A DNA stretch of 64,000 nt, taken from an uncultured Acidimicrobiia bacterium (lineage in GTDB: Bacteria > Actinomycetota > Acidimicrobiia > Acidimicrobiales > Ilumatobacteraceae). The stretch spans positions 346,545-410,544 of the forward strand of contig CAWAQO010000009.1 of the NCBI GenBank assembly GCA_963784255.1. The letters are read 5' to 3'. The translations under genes and the position numbers were made by a program. Of the stretch, positions 18,047 to 27,860 are shown one piece after another; positions within the stretch are counted from its first letter, which is position 1; every line of letters starts with the position of its first letter. The notes beneath the pieces were generated by a model. It made no database searches. It worked only from the letters and a program-made list of their open reading frames with translations, and was not told the DNA's origin.

Positions 18047-18814
18047 ATGCGCGAGCCCCTGTTCCGCGGCGTCGGCGTCGCCCTCGTCACGCTGTTCGAC
18101 GACGCCGGTGATCTCGACGTCGAGGCCACGGCGACGCTGGCGGCGTCGCTGGTCGAGGCCGGCATGCGATGCATCCTCGTGGCCGGCTCCACCGGCGAGG
18201 CGGCCACGCTCGAGCCGGCCGAGCGGATCGCCCTCGTCGAGGGCGTGCGCAAGGCGGTCGACGGGGCCGTCCCCGTGCTCGCCGGGACCGGCGCACCGTC
18301 GGCCCGCCAGGCCGCCAGGCTGACGGCGGACGCCGCCGACGCCGGCGCCGACGCGGCGCTCGTGCTGTCGCCACCGGGGTCGGTCGACCTCCCCGGCTAC
18401 TACGGCCACGTCATCGAGGCCAACCCGGACCTGCCCGTGCTGGCGTACCACTACACGAAGATGTCCTCGCCGGGGATCGACGTCGACGTGCTGCCCGCCC
18501 TCGCCGCCCTCGGCGTGACCGGCCTGAAGGACTCCTCCGGCGACGTCGCCCGCCTGCTGCGCACGCTCGACGACTTCCCGGCCGCGCTCTACGTCGGGTC
18601 GCCGTGGGTGGTGTCGACGGCCGGTGCGGTCGGGGCGACCGGCGCGCTGCTCGCCGTGGCCAACGTCGAACCGGAGCTGTCGGTCGCCGCCTTCGCCGGC
18701 GACCTCGACGCCCAGCGGGCGCTCACGCCGGTCATCGTCGCGACGGCCGGGCCGCCGGGGATCAAGGCCGCGCTGGCCGAACGGGCCGGCTGGTCACCAC
18801 GCACCCGTGCCTGA
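18047..18814 (+). CDS. Dihydrodipicolinate synthase (DapA)/N-acetylneuraminate lyase family protein
   Basis: ORF 18038..18814 has ...VALVTLFDD...ILVAGSTGEAATLEPAER...PVLAGTG...YHYTK.... The start is 18038 or 18047. Confidence 0.8.
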   Translation: MREPLFRGVGVALVTLFDDAGDLDVEATATLAASLVEAGMRCILVAGSTGEAATLEPAERIALVEGVRKAVDGAVPVLAGTGAPSARQAARLTADAADAGADAALVLSPPGSVDLPGYYGHVIEANPDLPVLAYHYTKMSSPGIDVDVLPALAALGVTGLKDSSGDVARLLRTLDDFPAALYVGSPWVVSTAGAVGATGALLAVANVEPELSVAAFAGDLDAQRALTPVIVATAGPPGIKAALAERAGWSPRTRA

Positions 18815-19256
18815 CCTCATCCGCCGGGCCGCTCCGGACGACACCGAGACCGTCGTCGAGCTGGTCGCCGAGTTCTGCGCCATCGATGGCCATCCGTTCG
18901 ACCCCGACATGGTGCGCCGCGCCCTGGGCCCGCTGGTCGATGAGGGTCCCGAGGCGCCCGGGCTGATCCTGCTCGCCACCCGCGACCTGATCGCCGACGG
19001 CTACGCCGTGCTCACGTGGGGCTACTCCCTGGAGTCGGGCGGCCGCGAGGCGCTGCTCGACGAGATCTACCTGCGGACCCGTCGCCAGGGCGCCGGGCGA
19101 CTGCTGCTCGAGGCGGTGCTCGACGAGGCCCGCGCGGCCGGGGCGCGGCGGATCTTCCTGGAGACGGAGCGCGGGAACCGCTTGGTCCGCCGCTTCTACG
19201 AGCGCGCCGGCTTCGCCGCCGACGACTCGATCTGGATGAGCCGCTCGCTGTTCTGA
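18807..19256 (+). CDS. GNAT family N-acetyltransferase
   Basis: GTG 18807 overlaps the upstream stop. It has ...IYLRTRRQGAGRLLLEAVLDEARAAGARRIFLETERGNRLVRRFYERAGF (acetyl-CoA binding motif A). Confidence 0.85.
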   Translation: MPDLIRRAAPDDTETVVELVAEFCAIDGHPFDPDMVRRALGPLVDEGPEAPGLILLATRDLIADGYAVLTWGYSLESGGREALLDEIYLRTRRQGAGRLLLEAVLDEARAAGARRIFLETERGNRLVRRFYERAGFAADDSIWMSRSLF

Positions 19257-19277
19257 CGACACGGACGTACCGTTTCT

Positions 19278-19304
19278 GGCCGGTTTCTTCACACAGAACC
19301 GGCC
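19278..19304. terminator. Hairpin between convergent genes
   Basis: ggccggtt(tcttcacacag)aaccggcc lies between the stops at 19256 (+) and 19311 (-). Confidence 0.5.
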
Positions 19305-19310
19305 GAACCG

Positions 19311-19965
19311 TCAGCGGCGGCGCTCGCCCCACGTGTTCCAGTGGGTCACGGCGCTGGCGGGCTTGCGCGGCGCCACACCGAACCGTCCCGCCGGGCGGCC
19401 GACCGGCACGAGCGCGGCGATCTCGTAGCGGTCGGCCGGCACGCCGAGCGCCTCCAGCACCTCGGCGGTGTGGATGCGGATGACCGTCGTCAGCGCGGTG
19501 CCCAGCCCGAGCGCCCTCGCGGCGACGCAGAAGTTCTGCACCGCCGGGTAGACGCTGGCGTCGAGCCGGCCGATGTCCATCTCGCCGGCCTCGTCGCTCG
19601 GCGTCCACGGGATGATCGGCTGCAGGAACAGCACCAGCGCGGCGGCCTCGTCGAGGTGATCGGCAAGGTGCCGGCTGGCGTCGCGGGTGCGCCGCCACGA
19701 GGCCGCCTGGGCCTCGTCGCGGAACGAAGCCGGATCGGGCAGCGACGCCTCGTAGCGGTCGAAGGCGGCGCGGTACCACCGCGCCAGCTCGGCCTTGCGC
19801 GCGGCGTCCGTCACGACGACGTACTGCTGCGGCTGCACGTTGCCCCCGCTCGGCGCCTGCTGGGCGGCGCGCAGGCAGCGTCACGATCTCGTCGTCGGTG
19901 ACCGGCTCGTCCGTGAACCGGCGGATTGCTCTGGTCGTCATCAGCGCCTCGATCGCGTCCATCAC
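19311..19965 (-). pseudogene. Nitroreductase family protein, frameshifted
   Basis: The N-terminus MMDAIEALMTTRAIRRFTDEPVTDDEIVTL is in ORF 19012..19965. The rest is in ORF 19311..19838. A 1-nt shift at about 19874 restores ...IVTLLRAAQQAPSGGNVQPQQYVVV.... Confidence 0.88.
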
Positions 19966-20038
19966 GTCCGGCCTCCGTCCTCCGTGCTCGCCGGCTCCGC
20001 TGCGCTACGCCGCTCGCGGACCTCCCATGGCGGACGCA

Positions 20039-20818
20039 TCAGCAACCCTCGAACGTCGGCTCGCGGCCGGCGGCGAAGGCGTCGACGGCCTCCACGTGGT
20101 CGGCCGAGAGGATCGTCATCTGCTCGAGCGCCGTGGACACGTCGAAGCTCGTCATGAGCGCCTGCTTGAGCTGGGCGTTGATCGCCTGCTTCGTGCCCTG
20201 CACCGCCAGCGGGGCGCCCGCGGCGAGGCGGCGGGCCCACGCCCGCGCCCGCTCCCCGACCTCCTCGGGCGCACAGACCTCAGCCGCCACGCCGAGGCGC
20301 AGGGCCTCCGCGGCGGTCAGCGGCTCGCCGAGCAGCAGGTGGCGCTTGGCGGCCAACGGACCGAGCAGCAACGGCCACACGGCGGCGCCGCCGTCGCCGG
20401 CCACCAGGCCGACCTTCACATGGGGATCGACGATGACGGCCCGCTCGGACATCACCACCACATCGCAGAGCAGCGCGATCGACGCGGCGAGCCCGGCCGC
20501 GGCGCCGTTGAGGCCACAGACGATCGGCAGCTCCACGTCGAGGAGGTCCCAGATCATCTGCTTGCCCTGCCGACGCAGGCCGTGCACCGCGGCGACGTCG
20601 CGGAGCGACGGGAACCAGTCCATGTCCCCGCCGGCACTGAACGCCTTGCCCTCGCCGGTGAGCACCACGGCCCGCGCCTGCGTCTCCAGCTTGAGGGCGC
20701 GGAACAGCTCGCCGAGCTCGTGGTGCAGTCGCCCGTCGACGGCGTTCACCGTCGAGTCCGGGCGGTCGATGGTGGCCACGAGGAGGTCGCCGTCGCGTTC
20801 GACGCGGATCGTCTCCAT
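20039..20818 (-). CDS. Enoyl-CoA hydratase/isomerase family protein
   Basis: Tail of ORF 20039..21943 from ATG 20818 (METIRVERDGDLLVATIDRP...AVVLTGEGKAFSAGGD...). Confidence 0.9.
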   Translation of the reverse strand: METIRVERDGDLLVATIDRPDSTVNAVDGRLHHELGELFRALKLETQARAVVLTGEGKAFSAGGDMDWFPSLRDVAAVHGLRRQGKQMIWDLLDVELPIVCGLNGAAAGLAASIALLCDVVVMSERAVIVDPHVKVGLVAGDGGAAVWPLLLGPLAAKRHLLLGEPLTAAEALRLGVAAEVCAPEEVGERARAWARRLAAGAPLAVQGTKQAINAQLKQALMTSFDVSTALEQMTILSADHVEAVDAFAAGREPTFEGC

Positions 20819-20823
20819 CGCCG

Positions 20824-21943
20824 TCACAGCATGCTCGTCTCGGCGTCCTGGCCCAGCAGCAGTCGCCCAAGCGTGAGGTCGAGCTTCGGGGCGACCTGGA
20901 TGTGCTGGGTCGGCACGTGGGCGTCGCGGATGCACCGCTGCAGCACGCTCGACTCGTAGACGCTGGTGCCGCCGGCGAGCGTGTAGGCCGTCGTCGCCAC
21001 CTCGGCGGCGCGGGCAGCAGCGTTGGTGGCGGCCAGGCGGATCCCGACCCGCCCCGCCATGTCGACCCTCCCGCCAGTCGACACGGTGGCCCAGGCTCGG
21101 CCGACCTCGTCGTGGAGGAACGCCCTGGCCGCTCGCAACGACGCTTCTGCTCGCGCCACGTCCAGGTGGGTGTGCGCGCTCTCGGCGAGCGTGCGGCTGG
21201 AGAACTGCGGGCGCTTGCCCGCCGCCAGCGCGACGAGCTCGTCGAGGGCGTGGCGGGCGATGCCGAGCGGCACCGAGGCCACGGACGCGGCGAGGAACGT
21301 GAGGTTCGGCAGGCGGGCGAGCGGGACGTCGACGTGCGGACGCGCCTCCGTCGCGACGAGCGCACGCGGCAGCGGCACGACAGCGTCGTTCACGGAGAAG
21401 TCGAGCGATCCCGTGCCGCGGAGGCCCGTCGCGAACCAGGTGTCGTGGAACGTCACGTCCGCGGCCGGGAACCAGCACAGCCGGAACAGACCGTCGTCGC
21501 ACTGCGTGCCACCAAGCATCCAGTCGCAGTGCTGGCCGCCGCTCCCCCAGGCCCAGCGGCCGGTCACGGTCACGGTGTCGCCGTCGACGCGACCGCGACC
21601 GTTCGGTGCGATCACGCCACCGGCGACGGAGCGGGGATCCCCAAAGATCGCGCGGCGCGTGCTCCGGCGGCAGGAACAGCGCCTGCATCGACGACGTGGC
21701 GGCGATCATCGTGCACCACCCGGCGGCGCCGTCACCCCGGGCGACCGCCTCGAACACCGCCAGCATCGTCAGCGGATCGGCCTCCGGCCCGCCGTACACG
21801 CGTGGCACGCCGAGGCGCTGCAGCCCGGCGCTGACGAGCGCCTCCAGCGTCGCCGCCGGCAGCCGGCGGATCCGCTCACCCTCGTCGGCATGGGTCGCGG
21901 CGACCGCAGCCACCGCCTCGGCGGCGGCGATGTGGTCAGTCAC
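20824..21943 (-). pseudogene. Acyl-CoA dehydrogenase-like flavoprotein (HsaA/DszC-like fold), frameshifted
   Basis: The N-terminus is in ORF 20039..21943 (GTG 21943, VTDHIAAAEAV...GWCTMIAATSS). The C-terminus is ORF 20824..21615. The junction at about 21655 restores ...PPEHARAIFGDPRSVAGGVIAPNGRG.... Confidence 0.8.
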
Positions 21944-23121
21944 GAGGCAGCCCGAGGACGCGTTCGGCGACGATGTTGCGTTGCACCTCGCCGGTCCCCC
22001 CGCCGATGGTGAGGGCCCTGGCGAACAGGTAGCCGTCGTACCAGCCGGGGTGGTCGAGGGCGCGTGGCGGCCGCGCCGGGCTGAGGTTGCGGCTCTCGGT
22101 GCCCGGCCGGAACTCCGCCCCCGCCGACACCGCTGTCCCGTCCCCGCCGGTGAGCGTGGCGAACGGGCCGATGAGGTCGCGGGCCAGCTCCATCACGTGC
22201 TGGCCGTGCTCGTCGCCGAGGATCTTGCGGATGCTCGCTTCCGGCCCGGGCTGCTCGCCCTTCAGGCGGGCGGTCAGCGTGCGCATGCGGATCAGCTCGA
22301 GCACGGTGTGCTCGACGTAGACCTGCGCCAACCGCTGGCGCAGCACGGCGTCGTCCAGCGGACCGAGGGCGCGCACGGCGGCGAGGAGATCGAGGGCGGT
22401 CGGTCCGCTGCCCCAGAGGACCCCGCCCGACGACAGCGAGATGCGCTCGTTGCCCAGCGTGACCTTGGCGAGGCGCCACCCGTCGTGCTCGTCGCCGACG
22501 AGGTGCTCGGCCGGGATGCGGACGTCGGTGAAGAACACCTCGTTGAACGTGCGGCCGCCCGTCATCTCGGTGATCGGCCGGATCTCGATGCCGGGCAGCG
22601 TCCATCGGACAGACGAAGTAGGAGATGCCCTTGTGCTCGGGCGCGTCCGGGTCGGTGCGGGCGAGGAGGATCCCGAAGCGGGCGTACTGGGCGCCGCTCG
22701 TCCAGATCTTCTGACCGTTGACGACGTACTCGTCGCCGTCGCGCACCGCCCGCGTGCGCAAGCTCGCCAGGTCGCTGCCGCTGCCGGGCTCGGAGAACAG
22801 CTGGCACCAGAACTCCTCGCCGGTGAGCATCGGCCAGAGGTAGCGGTCGCGCTGGGCGGCCGTGCCGGCGTGGAGGATCGTCGGGCCGGCCCAGCCGATG
22901 CCGATGGGGTTGACCGGCCGCCGCACGCCGGCGCGGGTGAGCTCGTCGTCGATCAGCGCCTGCTCGATCGGATCGGCGTCGAGGCCCCACGGCCTCGGCC
23001 AGTGCGGCACGACGTAGCCGGCCTCGGCCAGCTCCCGGGACGACGGCGACGGGTGCTCGGCCAGCCAGGTCCGTACGGTGAGCCGGCGCGGATCGTCGTC
23101 GGGCGGCAGCTCGAAGTCCAT
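21936..23121 (-). pseudogene. Acyl-CoA dehydrogenase family protein, frameshifted
   Basis: The N-terminus is in ORF 21940..23121 (...FSEPGSGSDLASL...VNGQKIWTSGA...). The C-terminus is ORF 21936..22565 (...TIGGGTGEVQRNIVAERVLGLPRD). The junction at about 22600 restores CPMDLPGIEIRPITEMTGG. Confidence 0.88.
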
Positions 23122-23139
23122 CGCGGCAGGACCGTACCG

Positions 23140-23529
23140 TCAGCGGTCGACGGCGATGACCTTGGCCGACCAGGGGCAGTACTGGTCGCTCGTGACCGTG
23201 CCGTCCTCGACGAACGACGGCAGCCCGTCGCACACCTCGATCGTCATGTCGGCGAACTCCAGCGTCGCCGGGTCGATGTGCCACGACCACGGTGCGTTGA
23301 CCCCGGGGTCGTCGCGGACCACGGTGCCGAGGGGGATGCCGGCGATCTCTTCGCCGGCCAGGAGCTGCTCGGCGTGGTCGACGAGCTCCGGCGTGATCAG
23401 CTCGACCTTGAACGTCTCGTCGACCACCTGGATCGTCGCCACGGCGGCGCCCGGTGCGGCGTTGTCGGGCCCGTCGTCGGCACACCCGACGAGCACCACG
23501 ATCGCGGCCGCCAACACCGTCCCACGCAT
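23140..23529 (-). CDS. Hypothetical lipoprotein
   Basis: ORF 23140..23529 has a signal peptide with lipobox MRGTVLAAAIVVLVGC. Coding bias is good. Confidence 0.65.
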   Translation of the reverse strand: MRGTVLAAAIVVLVGCADDGPDNAAPGAAVATIQVVDETFKVELITPELVDHAEQLLAGEEIAGIPLGTVVRDDPGVNAPWSWHIDPATLEFADMTIEVCDGLPSFVEDGTVTSDQYCPWSAKVIAVDR

Positions 23530-23561
23530 GCCCGCACGCTACGCGAACTACCGTCGTGAGC

Positions 23562-24350
23562 ATGCGCTACGGGTTCGTGATCCCGTGGGCCGACGCCGAC
23601 GAGGTCGGCGACCTCGCTGCCGCCGCGGAGGACTCCGGATGGGACGGCATCTTCGTGTGGGAGCCGGTGTGGGGCGTCGACGCGTGGATCTCGCTGGCCC
23701 TCGCCGCCGTGCGCACGAACCACATCCGCCTGGGCACGCTGCTGACGCCGCCGTCACGTCGCCGGCCGGCCGAGCTGGCGAGCCAGGTCGCCACCGTCGA
23801 CCGGCTGTCGCAGGGGCGGGTCGTGCTGTCCGTCGGGCTGGGAGCCGTCGACAGCGGCTTCGAGGCGTTCGGGGAGGAGTGCGACCGGCGGACGCGCGCC
23901 GAGCTGATGGACGAGTGCCTCGACATCGTCACCGGGCTGTGGGCCGGCCAGCCGTTCTCGTACGCCGGCAAGCACTACACCGTCGCCCCCACGGAGTTCC
24001 CGACGATCGGGCACACCGTGCAGCGGCCGCGGGTGCCGATCTGGTGCGTCGGGGCGATCAACCGGCCGCGGACGATGGCCAGGGCGCTGCGGTGGGACGG
24101 CATCCTCCCCCAGGTCCTCGTCGACGGCAAGGGCGAGCACGTCACGCTCGACGACGTCGCCGCGCTGCGCCAGCAGGTCGGCGACCGGCCCTACGACATC
24201 GTCATCGAGGGCGCCTTCAGCGAGCACGCGCCAGGGGCATGGGCGGACGCCGGCGCCACGTGGTGGATCGAGTCGATGTGGGACGCGATGGGCCAGGCCG
24301 AGCCGGCGCTCGCCGCGTTCGACCGGCTCGGCGAGGGACCGCCCCGGTAG
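23562..24350 (+). CDS. LLM-class oxidoreductase
   Basis: In-frame ATG 23562 (MRYGFVIPW...) within ORF 23454..24350. It has ...LSQGRVVLSVGLGA... and ...YAGKHYTV.... Confidence 0.85.
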   Translation: MRYGFVIPWADADEVGDLAAAAEDSGWDGIFVWEPVWGVDAWISLALAAVRTNHIRLGTLLTPPSRRRPAELASQVATVDRLSQGRVVLSVGLGAVDSGFEAFGEECDRRTRAELMDECLDIVTGLWAGQPFSYAGKHYTVAPTEFPTIGHTVQRPRVPIWCVGAINRPRTMARALRWDGILPQVLVDGKGEHVTLDDVAALRQQVGDRPYDIVIEGAFSEHAPGAWADAGATWWIESMWDAMGQAEPALAAFDRLGEGPPR

Positions 24351-24361
24351 GTTCCGCGACG

Positions 24362-25975
24362 ATGACGACGCCCTGGAACTTCGCCGACGTCTTCGAGGCC
24401 CTGGCCCGGCGCCAGCCCGACGCCCTCGCCCAGCGCCACGCCGGTGTGTCGACGTCGTGGGCCGAGTTCGACCGCCGCGCCGACGGTGTCGCCGCCGCGC
24501 TGATCGACGCCGGCGTCGGCGAACAGGACAAGGTCGCCCAGTACCTCTACAACGCACCGGCGTACCTGGAGTCGACGTTCGCCGCCTTCAAGGCCGGCCT
24601 GGCCACCGTCAACACCAACTACCGCTACACCGCCGACGAGCTCGTGTACCTCTGGGACAACGGGGACGTCGTCGCCGTCGTGTTCCACGGCTCGTTCGCC
24701 GAGCGGATCGAGGAGGTGCGCGCTCGACTGCCGCGGATCACCACATGGCTGTGGGTCGACGACGGCAGTGGGCCGTGCCCGGACTGGGCGACGTCGTACG
24801 AGGCGGCCGCGATGGCGGCGCCCCCCGGTCCGGTGATCGCCCCGTGGGGGCGCTCGGGCGACCACCTCCTGCTGCTCTACACCGGCGGCACGACCGGCGC
24901 GCCCAAGGGCGTCATGTGGCGTCAGGACGACCTCTTCGGTGCCCTCGACGCCGCCAACAAGGCCCGCCTGCCACCGAGCCAGGACCTCGAGGCGGCCGCC
25001 GCCCGCGTCGTCAAGCCCGGACCGCGCAACCTGCCGGGGGCCCCGCTGATGCACGGCACCGGGCTGTTCAACGCCCTCAGCAACCTGATGGTCGGCGGCA
25101 GCGTCGTCACCATGACAGGGCGGCACTTCGACCCGGTCGAGCTGCTCGACACCGTCGACACCGAGCGGATCAACTCGATGTCGATCGTCGGTGACGCCTT
25201 CGCCAAGCCGATCCTGCGGGCGCTCGACGCCCAGCCGGACCGCTGGGACATCTCCTCGCTGCGGGTGATCGTGTCGAGCGGGGTGATGTGGTCGGCCGAG
25301 ACGAAGGCGGGGCTGTTGCGACACAACGAGCGGCTGATCATGGTCGACTCGCTGGGTTCGAGCGAGGCCATCGGGATGGCCTCGAGCAAGGTCTCCGCCG
25401 ACGACGCGGCCGAGACGGCCACGTTCCAGCTCGGCCCGTCCACGCGGGTCGTCACCGAAGATGGGCGGGACGTCACGCCCGGCTCGGACGAGCGCGGGCT
25501 GGTGGCCATGCGCGGGTACACGCCGATCGGGTACTACAAGGACCCGGTCAAGTCGGCCGGCACGTTCCGCGTCATCGACGGTGTCCGCTACTCGATCCCC
25601 GGCGACCTGGCGACGGTCGACGCCGACGGCACCGTTCGCTTGCTCGGGCGGGGCAGCCAGTGCATCAACACGGGCGGCGAGAAGGTGTACCCGGAGGAGG
25701 TCGAGGAGGTGCTCAAGCGGCACCCGACCGTCGCCGACGCCGCCGTCGTCGGCGTGCCGGACGAGCGCTTCGGCGAGGCCGTCACGGCCCTCGTCGAGCC
25801 GCACGCCGGCGACGTCATCTCCGAGGCTGCGCTGATCGCCCACGTCAAGGAGCACCTCGCCGGCTTCAAGGCGCCCAAGCGCGTGTTCGAGGTCCCGACC
25901 ATCGGCCGCGCCGCCAACGGCAAGCTCGACTACCGCTCCCTCAAGGAGCACGCCACCCATCGTTCTGTCGTTTAG
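24362..25975 (+). CDS. Acyl-CoA synthetase (AMP-binding)
   Basis: ATG 24362 within ORF 23078..25975. It has YTGGTTGAPKGV, ...YSIPGDLATVDADGTVRLLGRGSQCINTGGEKVYPEEVE... and GRAANGKLDY. The last five codons plus the TAG lie inside repeat copy 3. Confidence 0.92.
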   Translation: MTTPWNFADVFEALARRQPDALAQRHAGVSTSWAEFDRRADGVAAALIDAGVGEQDKVAQYLYNAPAYLESTFAAFKAGLATVNTNYRYTADELVYLWDNGDVVAVVFHGSFAERIEEVRARLPRITTWLWVDDGSGPCPDWATSYEAAAMAAPPGPVIAPWGRSGDHLLLLYTGGTTGAPKGVMWRQDDLFGALDAANKARLPPSQDLEAAAARVVKPGPRNLPGAPLMHGTGLFNALSNLMVGGSVVTMTGRHFDPVELLDTVDTERINSMSIVGDAFAKPILRALDAQPDRWDISSLRVIVSSGVMWSAETKAGLLRHNERLIMVDSLGSSEAIGMASSKVSADDAAETATFQLGPSTRVVTEDGRDVTPGSDERGLVAMRGYTPIGYYKDPVKSAGTFRVIDGVRYSIPGDLATVDADGTVRLLGRGSQCINTGGEKVYPEEVEEVLKRHPTVADAAVVGVPDERFGEAVTALVEPHAGDVISEAALIAHVKEHLAGFKAPKRVFEVPTIGRAANGKLDYRSLKEHATHRSVV

Positions 25976-26012
25976 TCACGGCCCGATCGGGCCGTGACTA
26001 AACGACAGAACG
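25961..26012. repeat. Palindromic repeat, copy 3 (perfect 52-nt palindrome)
   Basis: cgttctgtcgtttagtcacggcccgat|atcgggccgtgactaaacgacagaacg is exactly self-complementary. It contains the stop codon of the upstream synthetase. Confidence 0.95.
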
Positions 26013-26045
26013 GCGACCGGGGTGCGGTCTGGCAAGCTGAACGGG

Positions 26046-26312
26046 ATGTACGAGCGACGGGAGCCGGAGCCGGCAGCGGGGACGCCGGCTCGCTCGGGGC
26101 CGTCGCCGATGCTGATCGGGCTCGTCGTGCTCGCCGTCCTCGCCCTCGTGTTCGTGCTGCAGAACGGCGACCGGCGCGAGGTCAACTTCCTGTTCTTCGA
26201 CGTCAGCCCGCCGGTCTGGCTCGCCTTCCTGATCGCGGTCGCGCTCGGCGTCGTCCTCGACCGCCTCTTCCTGGCGTGGTGGCGTCGCCGCCGCGCCCGC
26301 TCCGACGCATAG
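26046..26312 (+). CDS. LapA/DUF1049-like small membrane protein
   Basis: ORF 26022..26312 has two TM helices and ...NGDRREVNFLFFDVSPPVWLAFLIAV.... The start is 26022 or 26046. Confidence 0.65.
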   Translation: MYERREPEPAAGTPARSGPSPMLIGLVVLAVLALVFVLQNGDRREVNFLFFDVSPPVWLAFLIAVALGVVLDRLFLAWWRRRRARSDA

Positions 26313-27149
26313 ATGCAGATCCCGTCCACCGACGGTGTGACCGTCGCCGTCCACGACCTCGCCGGTCCGCCCGACGCGCCGCTGCTGCTCGTCGCCCACG
26401 CCACCGGCTTCCACGGCCGCGCCTACCAGCCCGTCGCCGAGCACCTCGCCCCGCGCCTGCACACGCTGGCGCCGGATCTCCGGGGACACGGCGACACCAC
26501 GCCGCCGCCCGGCTGGGACGTCGACTGGCAGGGCTACGGCGACGACACCACCGCGGTGGCCGAGGCGCTCGGCGAGGGGTTGGTGGGCTTCGGCCACTCG
26601 ATGGGCGGCGCCACGCTGGTCATGGCCGCGCACGCCCACCCCGGCCTGTTCCGAGCCCTCGTGCTGTTCGAGCCGATCGTGCCCCCACCGAAGATGACGG
26701 TGGGCGACCCGGCGCACGTGAGCTCGCCCGCCGTCGGCGCCCGCCGGCGCCGCGAGGTCTTCCCGTCGATCGAGGCGGCGATCGCCAACTACGCGTCGAA
26801 GCCACCGTTGCAGGCGTTCGACCCTGCGGCCCTCGACGCCTACGTCCGCTACGGCTTCAAGCCCGATCCCGAGGGCGTGCGGCTGAAGTGCGCTCGCGAG
26901 ACCGAGGCGACCACGTTCGACCGCGGCCGCCAGCACGACACGTTCAAGCTGCTCGCCGGGCTGAACATCCCGGTCGCCATCGTGAGCGGCCGCATCGAGA
27001 CGTCGGCGCCGGCGGCGATGGCGCCTGCGGTCGCCGAGGAGCTGCCGGCCGGACGCCTGATCGTGCTGGACGAGCTCGACCACTTCGGGCCGTTCACCCA
27101 CCCGGCGGCCGTGGCCGACGTGATCGCCGAGGTGTCGTCCGCCACGTGA
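26313..27149 (+). CDS. Alpha/beta hydrolase
   Basis: ORF 26313..27149 has an HATGFHG oxyanion region and the nucleophile elbow GHSMGG. Confidence 0.88.
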   Translation: MQIPSTDGVTVAVHDLAGPPDAPLLLVAHATGFHGRAYQPVAEHLAPRLHTLAPDLRGHGDTTPPPGWDVDWQGYGDDTTAVAEALGEGLVGFGHSMGGATLVMAAHAHPGLFRALVLFEPIVPPPKMTVGDPAHVSSPAVGARRRREVFPSIEAAIANYASKPPLQAFDPAALDAYVRYGFKPDPEGVRLKCARETEATTFDRGRQHDTFKLLAGLNIPVAIVSGRIETSAPAAMAPAVAEELPAGRLIVLDELDHFGPFTHPAAVADVIAEVSSAT

Positions 27150-27173
27150 GCGGACGACACCCCGACGGATGGG

Positions 27174-27818
27174 TCACACCCCGAGCAGGCCGTTGAGCAG
27201 GTCGGCGATGGCGTCGAGCAGGCCGGCCAGCAGCCCGCCGAGGCCGCTGCCGAGGCCGCCGTCGAGCAGTCCGGCGACGCCGCACAGCAGGTTGCCGAGC
27301 AGGTTGCCGGCACCCGGGATGGCCTCGATGAGCAGGTTCACCGGGTCCAGCGCGACGCGCAGGCCGAGCAGGTCGAGGTCGAGTGGTCCGAGGCCGAGCG
27401 TCAGGATGTCGCAGGCGCCGGGGGTCGGGACCGGCTGCATCAGCCCCTGCGCCTCCTCGGGCGGCGGGTTGGTGGCGCTCGTGACGGGCAGCATGACCCG
27501 CTCGTTCACGAGCTGGGTGCCGAGCACGCCGGTGAGGCGGCCGACGGCGTAGAGCACGCCCTTCTTCTCCTGGAAGCGGCGGAGCTCGAACGTGCCGTTG
27601 AACATGGGGACGCCATCGACGGCTCCCGTCACGGTGGCCGGCGCCGCCGTCACGAGGCCCAGGGCCTTGGCCGTCTTGGCGCCGGCTGCGGGGGCGCCGT
27701 CGTCGACTGCCGCGACGGTCGAGCGGCTGTCAGCGGCCACCGGCTGGGCCGCTGCCACGGCGGTCAAGCCTGACCACAGCACGGTCACGGCGACCAGGTT
27801 GCGGGTACGGGATCTCAT
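27174..27818 (-). CDS. Secreted protein with Gly/Leu-rich C-terminus
   Basis: ATG 27818 (MRSRTRNLVAVTVLWSGLTAVAAA, signal peptide) is preceded by AGGAGGA. The C-terminus is ...GNLLGNLLCGVAGLLDGGLGSGLGGLLAGLLDAIADLLNGLLGV. It is divergent from the sigma gene. Confidence 0.7.
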   Translation of the reverse strand: MRSRTRNLVAVTVLWSGLTAVAAAQPVAADSRSTVAAVDDGAPAAGAKTAKALGLVTAAPATVTGAVDGVPMFNGTFELRRFQEKKGVLYAVGRLTGVLGTQLVNERVMLPVTSATNPPPEEAQGLMQPVPTPGACDILTLGLGPLDLDLLGLRVALDPVNLLIEAIPGAGNLLGNLLCGVAGLLDGGLGSGLGGLLAGLLDAIADLLNGLLGV

Positions 27819-27860
27819 CGATTCGTCCTCCTTGACGTCGGTTGATCCGACGGCGCGGGC

